Assembly (NCBI GenBank): GCA_026391355.1
Contig: JAPLDH010000033.1
Coordinates: 4,505 to 68,504, forward strand
Direction of reading: 5' to 3'
Origin: Bacteroidota bacterium
GTDB lineage: Bacteria > Bacteroidota > Bacteroidia > Bacteroidales > FEN-979
Length of the DNA stretch: 64,000 nt
Under the pieces are notes generated by a model. That model ran no database searches and was not told the DNA's origin. It saw nothing but the letters and a program-made list of their open reading frames with translations. A program made the translations under genes and the position numbers. Numbering within the stretch: the stretch's first letter is position 1; each line of letters opens with the position of its first letter. Shown in pieces: positions 29,411-39,491 of the stretch.

Positions 29411-29411
29411 A

Positions 29412-30662
29412 ATGAAGAAATACGAATGGGCTGTAATCGGAAGTGGCATTGCAGGCATTATTGCATCTGAAATTCTGACACGTGAGGGACATGAGGTTAT
29501 ATTGATTGAAAAAAATGAGACACTCGCTTCCGAAACCACGCGTGATTTTCACGAATGGATGCATGCCGGTTCACTTTTTACATTGATCCCGGATAATTTA
29601 AAAACATTGAAGTTTATGTTAGGAGCACTGGATGATTTACTTGAATTCTACAGTTCCTATAAAAGAATGAATCTCATTCCTACCATAAAAGGAATCAAAA
29701 TTGATACTGAAACGAAGGGTTGGTTTAATAGTGAATATATCCATTTTAAATTCAGGATCCAGGGAAGGAAGGTCACTTTCCCCTGGATTATTGGTATTGC
29801 GAGATCCATTCTTCTCATTAATAAAATTAAGAATCATGATTGGTTACGTAGACGGGCAGGTGTATTAGACCCTTTCAGGTACCGGCTTCCTGACATAATG
29901 AAAGAGGTTTTGCAACTTTTAAAATCAAAAGAAAAATTCAGAGATATTGGCACACCTGATTTTACAATGAATTCCAGGATTTTAATAAAAGACTTGATTT
30001 CCTCTTCTATTGAAAAAGGACTTACTATATCTACCTCTAATAAATTCCTTAACTATACCAAAAAGGATAAGGGTTATCTCGTAACTTGTGAGCGTGAATC
30101 ATTTGAATCTGAAAATATTGTTCTATGCACTGGCGCAAATGTTTCTGAGGTCTTAACAGCAAGAGTAAAAAATAGTTATGCACCTATGGCTGTGGTTGAT
30201 CATATTTCCGATCAGATTAATTCTTTTGTTGAACTCGACTATTATCCAAAGAATTGCATAAATATAATTAAGAAAGACAATGGAATTGGTCTAGTTGGTG
30301 GAATCTCATTCAATGATATTAATAAATGTGAACCCTATATTGAAGAGGTAATAAAAAAACACCAAATCTATGACCCAAATATTAGAAAACTTTATAGTTA
30401 TATAGGAAAGAAAAGTGAAGTAATTATTGAAGGTGAACCACGAAACTATTTATTTCATATTAAAGAAGTTGAAAAAGGAGTATGGGTAATTATTCCCGGG
30501 AAGTTTACGCTTGGTTTCAGTATTGGGCCTGAATTCTATCGAAAAGTTTATGGAAAAAATCCAAAAAACCATTTTAATACCGCAACGGATAACGGACAAT
30601 ATGATGAATTAATATCCAATACCGTTTGGTTTGATGTTACAAACGATAAAAAAAAAGTATAA
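29412..30662 (+). CDS. FAD-dependent oxidoreductase (DAO-like)
   Basis: N-terminal VIGSGIAG...LIEK FAD-binding motif; C-terminal PGKFT. Confidence 0.8.
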   Translation: MKKYEWAVIGSGIAGIIASEILTREGHEVILIEKNETLASETTRDFHEWMHAGSLFTLIPDNLKTLKFMLGALDDLLEFYSSYKRMNLIPTIKGIKIDTETKGWFNSEYIHFKFRIQGRKVTFPWIIGIARSILLINKIKNHDWLRRRAGVLDPFRYRLPDIMKEVLQLLKSKEKFRDIGTPDFTMNSRILIKDLISSSIEKGLTISTSNKFLNYTKKDKGYLVTCERESFESENIVLCTGANVSEVLTARVKNSYAPMAVVDHISDQINSFVELDYYPKNCINIIKKDNGIGLVGGISFNDINKCEPYIEEVIKKHQIYDPNIRKLYSYIGKKSEVIIEGEPRNYLFHIKEVEKGVWVIIPGKFTLGFSIGPEFYRKVYGKNPKNHFNTATDNGQYDELISNTVWFDVTNDKKKV

Positions 30663-30684
30663 GTTTAACTAAAGGAGATTAAAT

Positions 30685-31734
30685 ATGGGAATGATTAAAT
30701 TACCGGAAAATGCAAAAAGCTTTTTCAGAAATAACTATGAAGAAATTTTCAATACAGGGAATTTAGCGGAAAGCATCTGGAATGAAAAACTTGTTGAGTT
30801 TGGAAAGGTTTTTTGTAACGCTGGATGTGCAGTTCCAACGTCTTCAAATGGAAGTGGGTTAGTAGCTTTGATGACCATATACAGACACTATTATGGAAGA
30901 GACAAGGTGATATTGCAATCAAATACAATGTATGGTGTCAAAACCATGGTTTTATCAGCAGGTTGTAAACTGGCAGGTTTTGCTAAATGTAATATTGAGA
31001 GTTTAATGCCAAATCTTCAACAAATACAAGATGCTGTCAATGCAAGTAAACAAGCCCCTGAAAACCTGATCCTTCTACTTAGCCATATTGGAGGAATTAT
31101 TAACCCTGAAATTGAGAAAATTGCTACTTTTTGTCAGGCACACAATATTTTGTTATTAGAAGATTGTGCTCACAGTTTTGGGGCTACTTTGAATGGGAAA
31201 CACTCGGGTACATTTGGCGATTCAGGTGTTTTCTCCTTTTATGCTACAAAAGCAATACCGGCCGGAGAAGGCGGACTGGTTATTACCAACAACCACAAAA
31301 TCGGAGATTTGGTGAAAAGATATGTAATGTATGATCGGTTTGCACAAGAAATGAACATTGGTGTCAACATCAGACCATCAGAATTACAAGCGCTTTGCAT
31401 TTATTCGGTGCTACTTTGTACTGAAGAAATAATTGAAAACAAGCGACAGATTGCAACTCAGTATATTCATGCATGTGAAGAATTACAAATTCCGTATATC
31501 AAACAAGTGACAAATAATTATTCCGGAAATTATTATAAGTTTATTGTATTCTCTCAGAATAAACCCATCGGGGAATTACTGCCCAAACTGAAAACCACTA
31601 CTTCAAAAGTCTATGATTATGCACTGGGCGATTCCAGTGAAATCATTTTACATCATGCCTGTTTACCTATCTGGTATAATCAGGAACAGGAAATCACGTC
31701 AAAAGTGATCAAAGAATTATATGAGTCAGTCTGA
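30685..31734 (+). CDS. DegT/DnrJ/EryC1/StrS sugar aminotransferase
   Basis: EDCAHSFG, FSFYATK...GEGG. Confidence 0.9.
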   Translation: MGMIKLPENAKSFFRNNYEEIFNTGNLAESIWNEKLVEFGKVFCNAGCAVPTSSNGSGLVALMTIYRHYYGRDKVILQSNTMYGVKTMVLSAGCKLAGFAKCNIESLMPNLQQIQDAVNASKQAPENLILLLSHIGGIINPEIEKIATFCQAHNILLLEDCAHSFGATLNGKHSGTFGDSGVFSFYATKAIPAGEGGLVITNNHKIGDLVKRYVMYDRFAQEMNIGVNIRPSELQALCIYSVLLCTEEIIENKRQIATQYIHACEELQIPYIKQVTNNYSGNYYKFIVFSQNKPIGELLPKLKTTTSKVYDYALGDSSEIILHHACLPIWYNQEQEITSKVIKELYESV

Positions 31735-32860
31735 CATGTTAAAGATTGTATTTTTACATGGAGCAAATGATCCGTACAGTTCAGAAAGAATACGGTATTT
31801 CGTATCTAAGAACCATAAAGTTTATTCAATCACCTTCCCGGAAAGTGATTATAAACTTTCAACTGTGACGTCGGACATTTTCAGGTTAAGAAAAAAATGT
31901 ATTGATAAAATCCCTTTGATTAAAAGAGTTTCGCATTATAACGAGATCAATACAATCTTAAGAAAAATTAACCCTGATATTTTACATGTGGTTAATGCAT
32001 TGAATCTTTTTTATACAAATACCAAATACAGTAAAATAAAAATTATCGAAAATGAAGGATCTGATGTAATTTTTATCCCAAGAAAATATAAATTTCTGAT
32101 CCCCTATTATAAATACTATTACAGCAAAGTCGACGGTGTTCTGCAAGATTCCAGATTGGCTTATAATTATGCAATAAAGTATGGTGCTCCTGTAAATACG
32201 GAGTTAAATAAAATTATTGAGATTGGAATTGATTTTACCGTTTTCAATAAAGAGATACCACCGGGCACAGTCAGGGAAAAATATAACTTAGGGAACCGGC
32301 CAATAATATTTCATAGCAGGGGGATTAACAGCCTTTATAATATTGATATCATTTTACAAAGCGTTTTACAAGTCAGAAAAAGATTTCAGGATTGTATTTA
32401 CATCTTGACGACAACTAAAGAGCAATTGACTGGTAAACAGCAGAGGTTTATTGATGATTCTCCCATTGGGAATAATATTCTATTCGCCGGCTATCAGGAT
32501 AGAATCAAGGATTTAAAACATTTTTATCGTGATGCTGATGTTCATATTTCAGTTCCATCGAGCGATTCTTCTCCTTTCTCTGTTTATGAAAGTATGGCTT
32601 GTCTTACTCCCAATATCGTAACGGATTTACCCTGGGTTTACTCCAGGTTCCTTCCAAATAAACATGTAATTACTTGTACTGTGAGGGATTCAATATCTTT
32701 GGCAACCTCAATTATTGATGTTATTACGGGTAATCACAATCTTGATTTAGAAGATGCATATAAAATAGTGAGTGAACAGATAAATCTTCAGAAAGAAAAT
32801 GAGAAGCTTGAACATTTTTACAGGAACTTATTGAAAATCAAATCTGATTCTATATCTTAA
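31721..32860 (+). CDS. Glycosyltransferase family 4
   Basis: EGSD, SRG...Y, SDSSPFSVYESMAC. Confidence 0.85.
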   Translation: MSQSDMLKIVFLHGANDPYSSERIRYFVSKNHKVYSITFPESDYKLSTVTSDIFRLRKKCIDKIPLIKRVSHYNEINTILRKINPDILHVVNALNLFYTNTKYSKIKIIENEGSDVIFIPRKYKFLIPYYKYYYSKVDGVLQDSRLAYNYAIKYGAPVNTELNKIIEIGIDFTVFNKEIPPGTVREKYNLGNRPIIFHSRGINSLYNIDIILQSVLQVRKRFQDCIYILTTTKEQLTGKQQRFIDDSPIGNNILFAGYQDRIKDLKHFYRDADVHISVPSSDSSPFSVYESMACLTPNIVTDLPWVYSRFLPNKHVITCTVRDSISLATSIIDVITGNHNLDLEDAYKIVSEQINLQKENEKLEHFYRNLLKIKSDSIS

Positions 32861-32885
32861 GAAATAATACGTTGATAATTATGCG

Positions 32886-34046
32886 ATGCAAGTAGAAAAT
32901 AAACAAGTTTGTGCCTTGGGTGTTTGGGATTCAACAATTCCCGGGATTGTCTTTGATGAGTATGGAATTTCCAATTATGCCCGGATCCAGCAGAATTTAA
33001 TGTCGGATTTTCCAAGAGGTGACAAAGGAAAGAAAGATTGGTCAGTCCTCGTAACAAAGGTCAAAGAAGCCGGAAAAAACAGGAGATATGATTGCATAAT
33101 AGGTGTAAGTGGTGGCACTGACAGTTCCTATTTATTACATATTGCTCATGAATATGGTCTCCGCCCCCTTGCCGTAAATCTTGATAATGGATGGAACTCA
33201 GATATTGCAGTTAAAAACATTAAAAAAGTTACTGCTGCCCTGAACATTGATCTGGAAACCTATGTGATCGATTATGAAGAAATAAAGGATATTCTTAAAG
33301 CATATATGCGGGCAGGGCTTCCCTGGATCGATAATCCTACCGACCAGGCCATTCACTCCATCCTTTATCGTAAAGCCATTGAAGAAAAGATCGGGTTTAT
33401 CCTGATCGGTACTGATTTCCGTTCAGAAGGGAAACAACCCTCTGAATGGACATACGGAGATTCCAAACAACTGAAATATATTGTCAAGCGGTTTGGTACA
33501 ACCAGGATTAAAACTTACCCGGTTGTTTCATTTCCGAAAATGGCATATTACAATTACTTACGAAAGATTAAGGTAATCCTTCCTTTTAATTATATAAACT
33601 ATAAGAAAAACGAAGCACAGGAATTCTTAAAGAAACAATATGGATGGGAGTATTACGGGGAACACCATCATGAAAATATATTCACAAAATGGGCCATAGG
33701 TCACTGGATGTACACTAAATTTGGAATGGATAAAAGGATCATTACCTATTCATCACAGATTTTAAGCGGTGAAATGACCAGGGAAGATGTGTTAACAAAG
33801 ATCAGTATTCCTCCGTATGACATTGCCGGTGCTGAAAGAGACACTCTATACATCATTAAGAAACTGGGGTTTCGCCAGGAAGAATTTGACACCATCTGGA
33901 AGGATACCAATAAAACCATCTTTGATTATCCTTCTTACTATCAGACCATTGTAAAATACAGCCGGTTCCTGTCGCCCCTGATTAAATACATTTTTAAAAA
34001 TAAACCCAAATTTTTTTATGAATTGGAGGGTAAGGCAAAACATTAA
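32886..34046 (+). CDS. N-acetyl-sugar amidotransferase (WbpG/WbuX family), copy 1
   Basis: PP-loop YDCIIGVSGGTDSS, DNGWNS, W..YGEHHHEN. Confidence 0.9.
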   Translation: MQVENKQVCALGVWDSTIPGIVFDEYGISNYARIQQNLMSDFPRGDKGKKDWSVLVTKVKEAGKNRRYDCIIGVSGGTDSSYLLHIAHEYGLRPLAVNLDNGWNSDIAVKNIKKVTAALNIDLETYVIDYEEIKDILKAYMRAGLPWIDNPTDQAIHSILYRKAIEEKIGFILIGTDFRSEGKQPSEWTYGDSKQLKYIVKRFGTTRIKTYPVVSFPKMAYYNYLRKIKVILPFNYINYKKNEAQEFLKKQYGWEYYGEHHHENIFTKWAIGHWMYTKFGMDKRIITYSSQILSGEMTREDVLTKISIPPYDIAGAERDTLYIIKKLGFRQEEFDTIWKDTNKTIFDYPSYYQTIVKYSRFLSPLIKYIFKNKPKFFYELEGKAKH

Positions 34047-34072
34047 TTCGATTATCACAGTAAATCCATAAT

Positions 34073-35209
34073 ATGAAGGAAATTACACTCTGTTCCCGAT
34101 GTATTCTTGATACTACGGTCGACGATATCTGGTTCGATGACCATATGGTCTGTAAGTATTGCCATTTCCATGATGAAATGGAAAAGCAGCATCCCTTAGG
34201 AGATAAGGCCGAAAAAATATTAAATGAACTGGTTGCAAAAATCAAGAGGAGTGGGAAAAATAAAAAGTATGATTGTGTGGTCGGGGTAAGTGGTGGCCGC
34301 GACAGTACGTTTACGCTATACACCGCAGTGAAACTCGGTTTACGCCCTCTTGCCGTTCATTTTGATAATGGATGGAATTCGGATATTTCCGTAAGAAACA
34401 TCAAGAATGCCTGTGAAAAACTAAATGTTGATCTGTTTACAATTGTTGCAGATTGGGAAGAATTTAAAGACCTTCAGATCTCATTTCTGAAAGCATCAAC
34501 TCCCGATGCAGATGTTCCGGCAGATTATGCGATCTACTCGGTGTTATATTCTGTGGCAAGTAAGGAAAAGATAAAGTATATCTTTAACGGCCACAGTTTC
34601 AGAACGGAAGGAACCTCCCCCATCAGTTGGACTTACATGGATCCTGTCTATGTCCGTGACGTTCATCATAAATTTGGAAAGATCAAGAAATTCACAAGTT
34701 TTCCACATATGACCCTGTTCAAACTACTTTACTATATTTTTATTAAAAACATCAAAGAAAAACGGATACTCGAATATATTGATTATAAGAAAACAGAGGT
34801 CGATTCCTTCCTCACGAAAGAATTGAATTGGACATATTATGGCGGACACCATCATGAGAATTATTACACACGTTTCTTTCAATCCTACTATCTGCCAAAA
34901 AAATTCAATATTGATAAACGCAAGACAGAATTGTCAGCGCTGATCCGTTCCGGCCAGATTACAAGAGAGGCCGCCTTGAAAGAGATCGCAACCGAACCCT
35001 ATTCATACGAGGAAAAGAACGTCGAATATGTGATCAATAAACTGGGTTTGTCAAGGAACGAATTCGATCAGATCATGAATGCAAAACTTCAAACCCATAA
35101 AGATTACAGGACTTTACTCTCTCTGATAAAGTTTTTAAAAGGTCCGATCCGGCTCTTCACGAGATTACACCTGTTACCTCATATTCTTTACCTGAAATAT
35201 GCCAGCTAA
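34073..35209 (+). CDS. N-acetyl-sugar amidotransferase (WbpG/WbuX family), copy 2
   Basis: CSRC...CKYC, YDCVVGVSGGRDS, HFDNGWNS, YGGHHHEN. Confidence 0.92.
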   Translation: MKEITLCSRCILDTTVDDIWFDDHMVCKYCHFHDEMEKQHPLGDKAEKILNELVAKIKRSGKNKKYDCVVGVSGGRDSTFTLYTAVKLGLRPLAVHFDNGWNSDISVRNIKNACEKLNVDLFTIVADWEEFKDLQISFLKASTPDADVPADYAIYSVLYSVASKEKIKYIFNGHSFRTEGTSPISWTYMDPVYVRDVHHKFGKIKKFTSFPHMTLFKLLYYIFIKNIKEKRILEYIDYKKTEVDSFLTKELNWTYYGGHHHENYYTRFFQSYYLPKKFNIDKRKTELSALIRSGQITREAALKEIATEPYSYEEKNVEYVINKLGLSRNEFDQIMNAKLQTHKDYRTLLSLIKFLKGPIRLFTRLHLLPHILYLKYAS

Positions 35210-35819
35210 GATTGTTATTATCGATTATGGTATGGGTAACCTCCGGTCTATTCATAAGAAATTTCAACGGATCGGATATTCTGCTGTGGTTTCCGGAGAT
35301 ATTAACATTATCCGGCAAGCTGATAAATTAATCCTTCCGGGTGTCGGACATTTTGCAAATGCGATGAAAAATCTGAGGGAATTAAACCTTCTGGAGTTAT
35401 TAAATGAAATGTCCCTTGTAAAACAGCTCCCGATACTTGGAATATGCCTTGGTATGCAACTTTTAGGAAAACATAGCGAAGAAGGTTTTGTCGATGGATT
35501 GGGTTGGCTGGACGCTGAAGTAAAACGTTTTCATGTTTCTGACACCTTGAAATTCAAGATTCCTCATATGGGATGGAATACAACCGATATTAAAAAAAGT
35601 TCCCCGTTACTTTCCAACATTCCGGTCAACAGTTTATTCTATTTCGTTCACAGCTATCATATGAATTGTAATTCGCAGGAGGATATACTTGCCACTACTT
35701 GCTATGACTATGAATTTGTATCAGCCGTTCAGAAAAATAACATTTTCGGAACGCAATTTCACCCGGAAAAAAGTTTTGATTATGGGGAAACGATTTTAAA
35801 AAATTTTGCTGACTTATAA
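35199..35819 (+). CDS. hisH: HisH-like glutamine amidotransferase subunit (WbuY-like)
   Basis: DYGMGN, LPGVG, GICLGMQ, FVHSY, QFHPEKS; glycan-locus paralogue. Confidence 0.9.
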   Translation: MPAKIVIIDYGMGNLRSIHKKFQRIGYSAVVSGDINIIRQADKLILPGVGHFANAMKNLRELNLLELLNEMSLVKQLPILGICLGMQLLGKHSEEGFVDGLGWLDAEVKRFHVSDTLKFKIPHMGWNTTDIKKSSPLLSNIPVNSLFYFVHSYHMNCNSQEDILATTCYDYEFVSAVQKNNIFGTQFHPEKSFDYGETILKNFADL

Positions 35820-35821
35820 CG

Positions 35822-36583
35822 ATGTTCAGACCACGTATCATACCCGTTCTGCTTCTCAGGCAACTTGGCCTTGTTAAATCTGTCAGGTTCAAAGACTACC
35901 GTTATATCGGCGATCCGATAAATGCGGTGAAAATTTTTAACGATCTGAAAGCAGATGAATTGGTATTTCTTGACATTACAGCAACTGCTGAAAAGCGTTT
36001 GATCTCGCTCGATTTCGTCAGGAACGTGGGGGACGAAGCAAATATGCCTTTCGCCGTTGGAGGCGGCATCAGATCCATCAAGGACATCAAGAAAATCCTG
36101 AATGCTGGTGCGGAAAAAGTTGTGATCAACTCTTACTCTTATGAGGATCCGGAGTTTATCCATGAAGCGTCCGATATTTTCGGGTCTTCTACGATTATCG
36201 TATGTATCGATGTTAAAAAACAACTGTTTGGAGGCTACCAGGTTTATACAAAAGGTGGAACAAAAGCAACAGGTAAAGCAGCAGTTGACTATGCGATGGA
36301 AATGCAACGCCTGGGGGCCGGAGAAATTATCGTTCAATCAATTGATAAAGATGGGATTATGGAAGGATATGACATCGATTTAATCAGAAAAATATCTGAA
36401 AAAGTTACCATTCCTGTGGTTGCGCTTGGGGGAGCAGGTTTGTATCCTCACTTCTCAGAAGCTGTCAGATCAGGATTGGCCAGCGCTGTTGCCGCCGGAA
36501 GCATGTTTGTTTACCATGGCCCCCGTAGGGCTGTCTTAATTAATTTTCCAACACAGGATGAAATAAAAAAAATCTTTTCATGA
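35822..36583 (+). CDS. hisF: HisF-like ammonia-channel subunit (WbuZ/HisF2)
   Basis: RIIPVLL, YIGDPINAVKIFN, VGGGI, AAGSMFVYHG...VLINFP tail typical of glycan-associated HisF2. Confidence 0.9.
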   Translation: MFRPRIIPVLLLRQLGLVKSVRFKDYRYIGDPINAVKIFNDLKADELVFLDITATAEKRLISLDFVRNVGDEANMPFAVGGGIRSIKDIKKILNAGAEKVVINSYSYEDPEFIHEASDIFGSSTIIVCIDVKKQLFGGYQVYTKGGTKATGKAAVDYAMEMQRLGAGEIIVQSIDKDGIMEGYDIDLIRKISEKVTIPVVALGGAGLYPHFSEAVRSGLASAVAAGSMFVYHGPRRAVLINFPTQDEIKKIFS

Positions 36584-37650
36584 GAATCTTTATTGACATA
36601 GGACATCCTGCTCATGTCCATTACTTTAAAAACCTGATCAGGATAATGGAAAAAAATGGACACACTTTCTTTATTATGTCAAGAGATAAAGAAGTTGCGT
36701 TCAAATTACTTGATAGTACAGGTCATGATTATAAATCACGAGGAACCGGGGGGAATGGATACCTGAGCAAGTTCTTTTATCTAATGAAAGCAGAAAAGAT
36801 CATTTATAAACATGCAAAAGTTTTTAAACCAGATGTGTTTTTAAGTTTTAGCTCTCCTTATGCAGCACATGTTTCAAAACTTTTAGGCAAACCACATATT
36901 ACCATTGATGATACCGAGCATGCAAGACTGGATCATATCTTATATCCCCCCTTCACCGATACAATCCTGAACCCTGCATCCTACTTTGCCAATATGGGGA
37001 AGAAACAAATACGATTTAATGGTTTTATGGAGTTATGCTACCTGCATCCCAAATATTTCCAGCCAGATCCGGAGATTTTAACGGAACTTGGAATAAATTC
37101 AGGTGAAAAATATATCTTTCTGAGGTTCATTTCCTGGACGGCTACCCATGATATTGGACAGGGAGGCATGAACGTCGCTTTCCAAATGGATTTGGTTGAA
37201 AAAATGCACAACAAATACAAGATCTTTATCTCATCAGAAGGAGATCTGCCGGAATTATTATTACCTTATAAAGTAACCGTTTCACCTGAAAAAATACATC
37301 ACGTACTTGCATTTTCCTCCTTATTTATTGGTGAGGGAGCAACCATGGCATCTGAATGCGCCATGCTTGGGATACCTGCAATTTATGTCAACTCATTAAC
37401 TGCCGGAACATTAGAAGAACAGGAAAAATATGGCCTGATATTCGGTTTTAGAAATACCCTGGGAGTGATTGAGAAAGCAAATGAATTATTAAGCCGTCCA
37501 AACCTCGCTTCTGAATTTCAGGAAAAAAGAATGAAGATGCTGAAAGACAAAATTGATGTAACTGCCTTTTTGATTTGGTTTCTGGAAAATTATCCTCAAA
37601 GTATCAGGATCATGAAAGAAAACCCTGCATTCCAGGAGAGATTTAAATAG
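36580..37650 (+). CDS. DUF354 family protein (predicted GT-B glycosyltransferase)
   Basis: DIGHPAHVH, RDKE, DDTEHA, GEGATMASECAMLG. Confidence 0.85.
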   Translation: MRIFIDIGHPAHVHYFKNLIRIMEKNGHTFFIMSRDKEVAFKLLDSTGHDYKSRGTGGNGYLSKFFYLMKAEKIIYKHAKVFKPDVFLSFSSPYAAHVSKLLGKPHITIDDTEHARLDHILYPPFTDTILNPASYFANMGKKQIRFNGFMELCYLHPKYFQPDPEILTELGINSGEKYIFLRFISWTATHDIGQGGMNVAFQMDLVEKMHNKYKIFISSEGDLPELLLPYKVTVSPEKIHHVLAFSSLFIGEGATMASECAMLGIPAIYVNSLTAGTLEEQEKYGLIFGFRNTLGVIEKANELLSRPNLASEFQEKRMKMLKDKIDVTAFLIWFLENYPQSIRIMKENPAFQERFK

Positions 37651-37651
37651 A

Positions 37652-38431
37652 ATGGCAAGGGATTTCACTGTCAGTACCTATCGCAAAATTCTGCAATCAT
37701 TACTTGATGCAGAATATATTTTTCTGACATATGCAGATTACCAGGCTTCCTCTGCAAATATCAGATGCGTGATCCTGAGACATGATGTGGATGCTGATCC
37801 TGAGAAATCACTAGAATTTGCAAAGATTGAGAAATCCATTAATATCAGGTCTACATTTTATTTTAAAACTTCTGGAAATTCTTTCAATGAGCAGATTATC
37901 AAAGAAATTGCAGGATTGGGACACGAGATCGGCTATCATTATATGGATCTTTATGAATCAAATGGTAACATTTCAAACGCTATCCGGTCATTTGAAATAA
38001 ATTTGTCATTTCTCAGACAATTCTATCCTGTTCACACAATATGTATGGATGGCAGATCACTTTCAAAATGGAATAACCTCGAATTGTGGAAATCATATGA
38101 TTATAAGCAGTTTGGTATTACAGGTGAACCTTACCTTGACATTAACTTTAACCTTGTACTTTACCTTACTGATACCGGCCGCAAATGGAATACCTCCAGG
38201 TTCAATCTTTATGATAAGGTACAGTCAGCATACAATTACAACAATAAATCCTCAAAAGAGATTATCCGGGATGTCGCCAACAATACGTTGCCTGATCAGA
38301 TCATGATTACTACTCATCCGCAAAGATGGCACGACAAAATAATACCCTGGATCAATGAATTTCTTCAGCAAATCCTGAAAAATTCCCTCAAACTTCTCAT
38401 TATAAAATTCCGGAGCTGGCAGAACCGTTAA
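37652..38431 (+). CDS. Polysaccharide-deacetylase-like protein
   Basis: LRHDVD, GHEIGYHY, YLTDTGRKW, THPQRW. Confidence 0.72.
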   Translation: MARDFTVSTYRKILQSLLDAEYIFLTYADYQASSANIRCVILRHDVDADPEKSLEFAKIEKSINIRSTFYFKTSGNSFNEQIIKEIAGLGHEIGYHYMDLYESNGNISNAIRSFEINLSFLRQFYPVHTICMDGRSLSKWNNLELWKSYDYKQFGITGEPYLDINFNLVLYLTDTGRKWNTSRFNLYDKVQSAYNYNNKSSKEIIRDVANNTLPDQIMITTHPQRWHDKIIPWINEFLQQILKNSLKLLIIKFRSWQNR

Positions 38432-38437
38432 AGGATC

Positions 38438-39475
38438 ATGAACGTAAGTTTTCCCCTTATTGACATTTCTTCTCTTGACAGGTATCGATGGTCTGAATTT
38501 ATTATGAATCAACCGGAAGGTTCTGTTTTTCAATCCCCTGAGTTTTATCACCATCTTTTAAATGTTCCCAACTATCAACCTGCCGGGATTGCCTGCACCG
38601 ATGAGAATAATAATATTGCCGGGATTCTGTTGGGCTTTATCATCAGAGAACGACAAGGGATTATTGGAAGTTTCTATGCCAGGGCCATTGTTCATGCAGG
38701 TCCCCTTATTGCATATGATCAACCCGATAAACTTACAATTTGCGATATTCTCCTGAAAGGTTTTATAGCATTGGTTAAAAAGAAATCGCTTGTAATTCAG
38801 CTCCGCAATCATTTTAATCTGTCAGATTTCAGAGAAATCTTTAAAAAAAATGGATTTCTCTTCCAGGAACATCTTAATTTATTCATTAATATCAGGCAAA
38901 CATACTTACCCCTTCAAACAATAAGTAAAAGGAAACTTCAACAGATAAGAAAAAGCCTTGCCAATGGTGCTGTAATTTCTGAAGCATCCACACCTGGTGA
39001 AGTAGATGATCTATATTCCATTCTCCATCATCTTTATAAACATCGCGTAAAAAAGCCACTTCCCGGAAAAGGGTTTTTTCGGGCATTTTTACAATCATCT
39101 GCTGAACAAAAATTAGGGGTCATTTTACTTGTCAAATACCAGGGAAAGGTGGTAGCCGGGATGGTCTGTCCTATTACCCCCGGAAAAGTAATATATGAAT
39201 GGTATGTATGTGGGCTGGACAGGGAATATAAGTCAATCCACCCTAGTGTTTTGGTAACCTGGGCTGGAATTGAATACGCCAGAACAAATAATATTCCTAT
39301 ATTTGATTTCATGGGGATGGGAAACCCCGGAAAAGCCTACGGAGTAAGAGATTTTAAAATGGGTTTCGGCGGAACCATTGTTAAATATGGACGTTTTCTC
39401 CGGATTAATAACCAGGGATTGTACACTGTTGCGAAACTTGGGTTAAAAATCCTTGCTTCTTTAAAACGTGTTTAA
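38438..39475 (+). CDS. FemAB-like GNAT (putative aminoacyl transferase)
   Basis: VFQSPEF, GPL, FDFMGMG...YGVRDFKMGFGG. Confidence 0.85.
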   Translation: MNVSFPLIDISSLDRYRWSEFIMNQPEGSVFQSPEFYHHLLNVPNYQPAGIACTDENNNIAGILLGFIIRERQGIIGSFYARAIVHAGPLIAYDQPDKLTICDILLKGFIALVKKKSLVIQLRNHFNLSDFREIFKKNGFLFQEHLNLFINIRQTYLPLQTISKRKLQQIRKSLANGAVISEASTPGEVDDLYSILHHLYKHRVKKPLPGKGFFRAFLQSSAEQKLGVILLVKYQGKVVAGMVCPITPGKVIYEWYVCGLDREYKSIHPSVLVTWAGIEYARTNNIPIFDFMGMGNPGKAYGVRDFKMGFGGTIVKYGRFLRINNQGLYTVAKLGLKILASLKRV

Positions 39476-39491
39476 TTTGAGAATAGAAATA

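Noticed and set aside
35199-36583. hisH/hisF as histidine biosynthesis genes
   Set aside because: No other his genes are present, and they follow WbuX-like amidotransferases, the known glycan amidination context.
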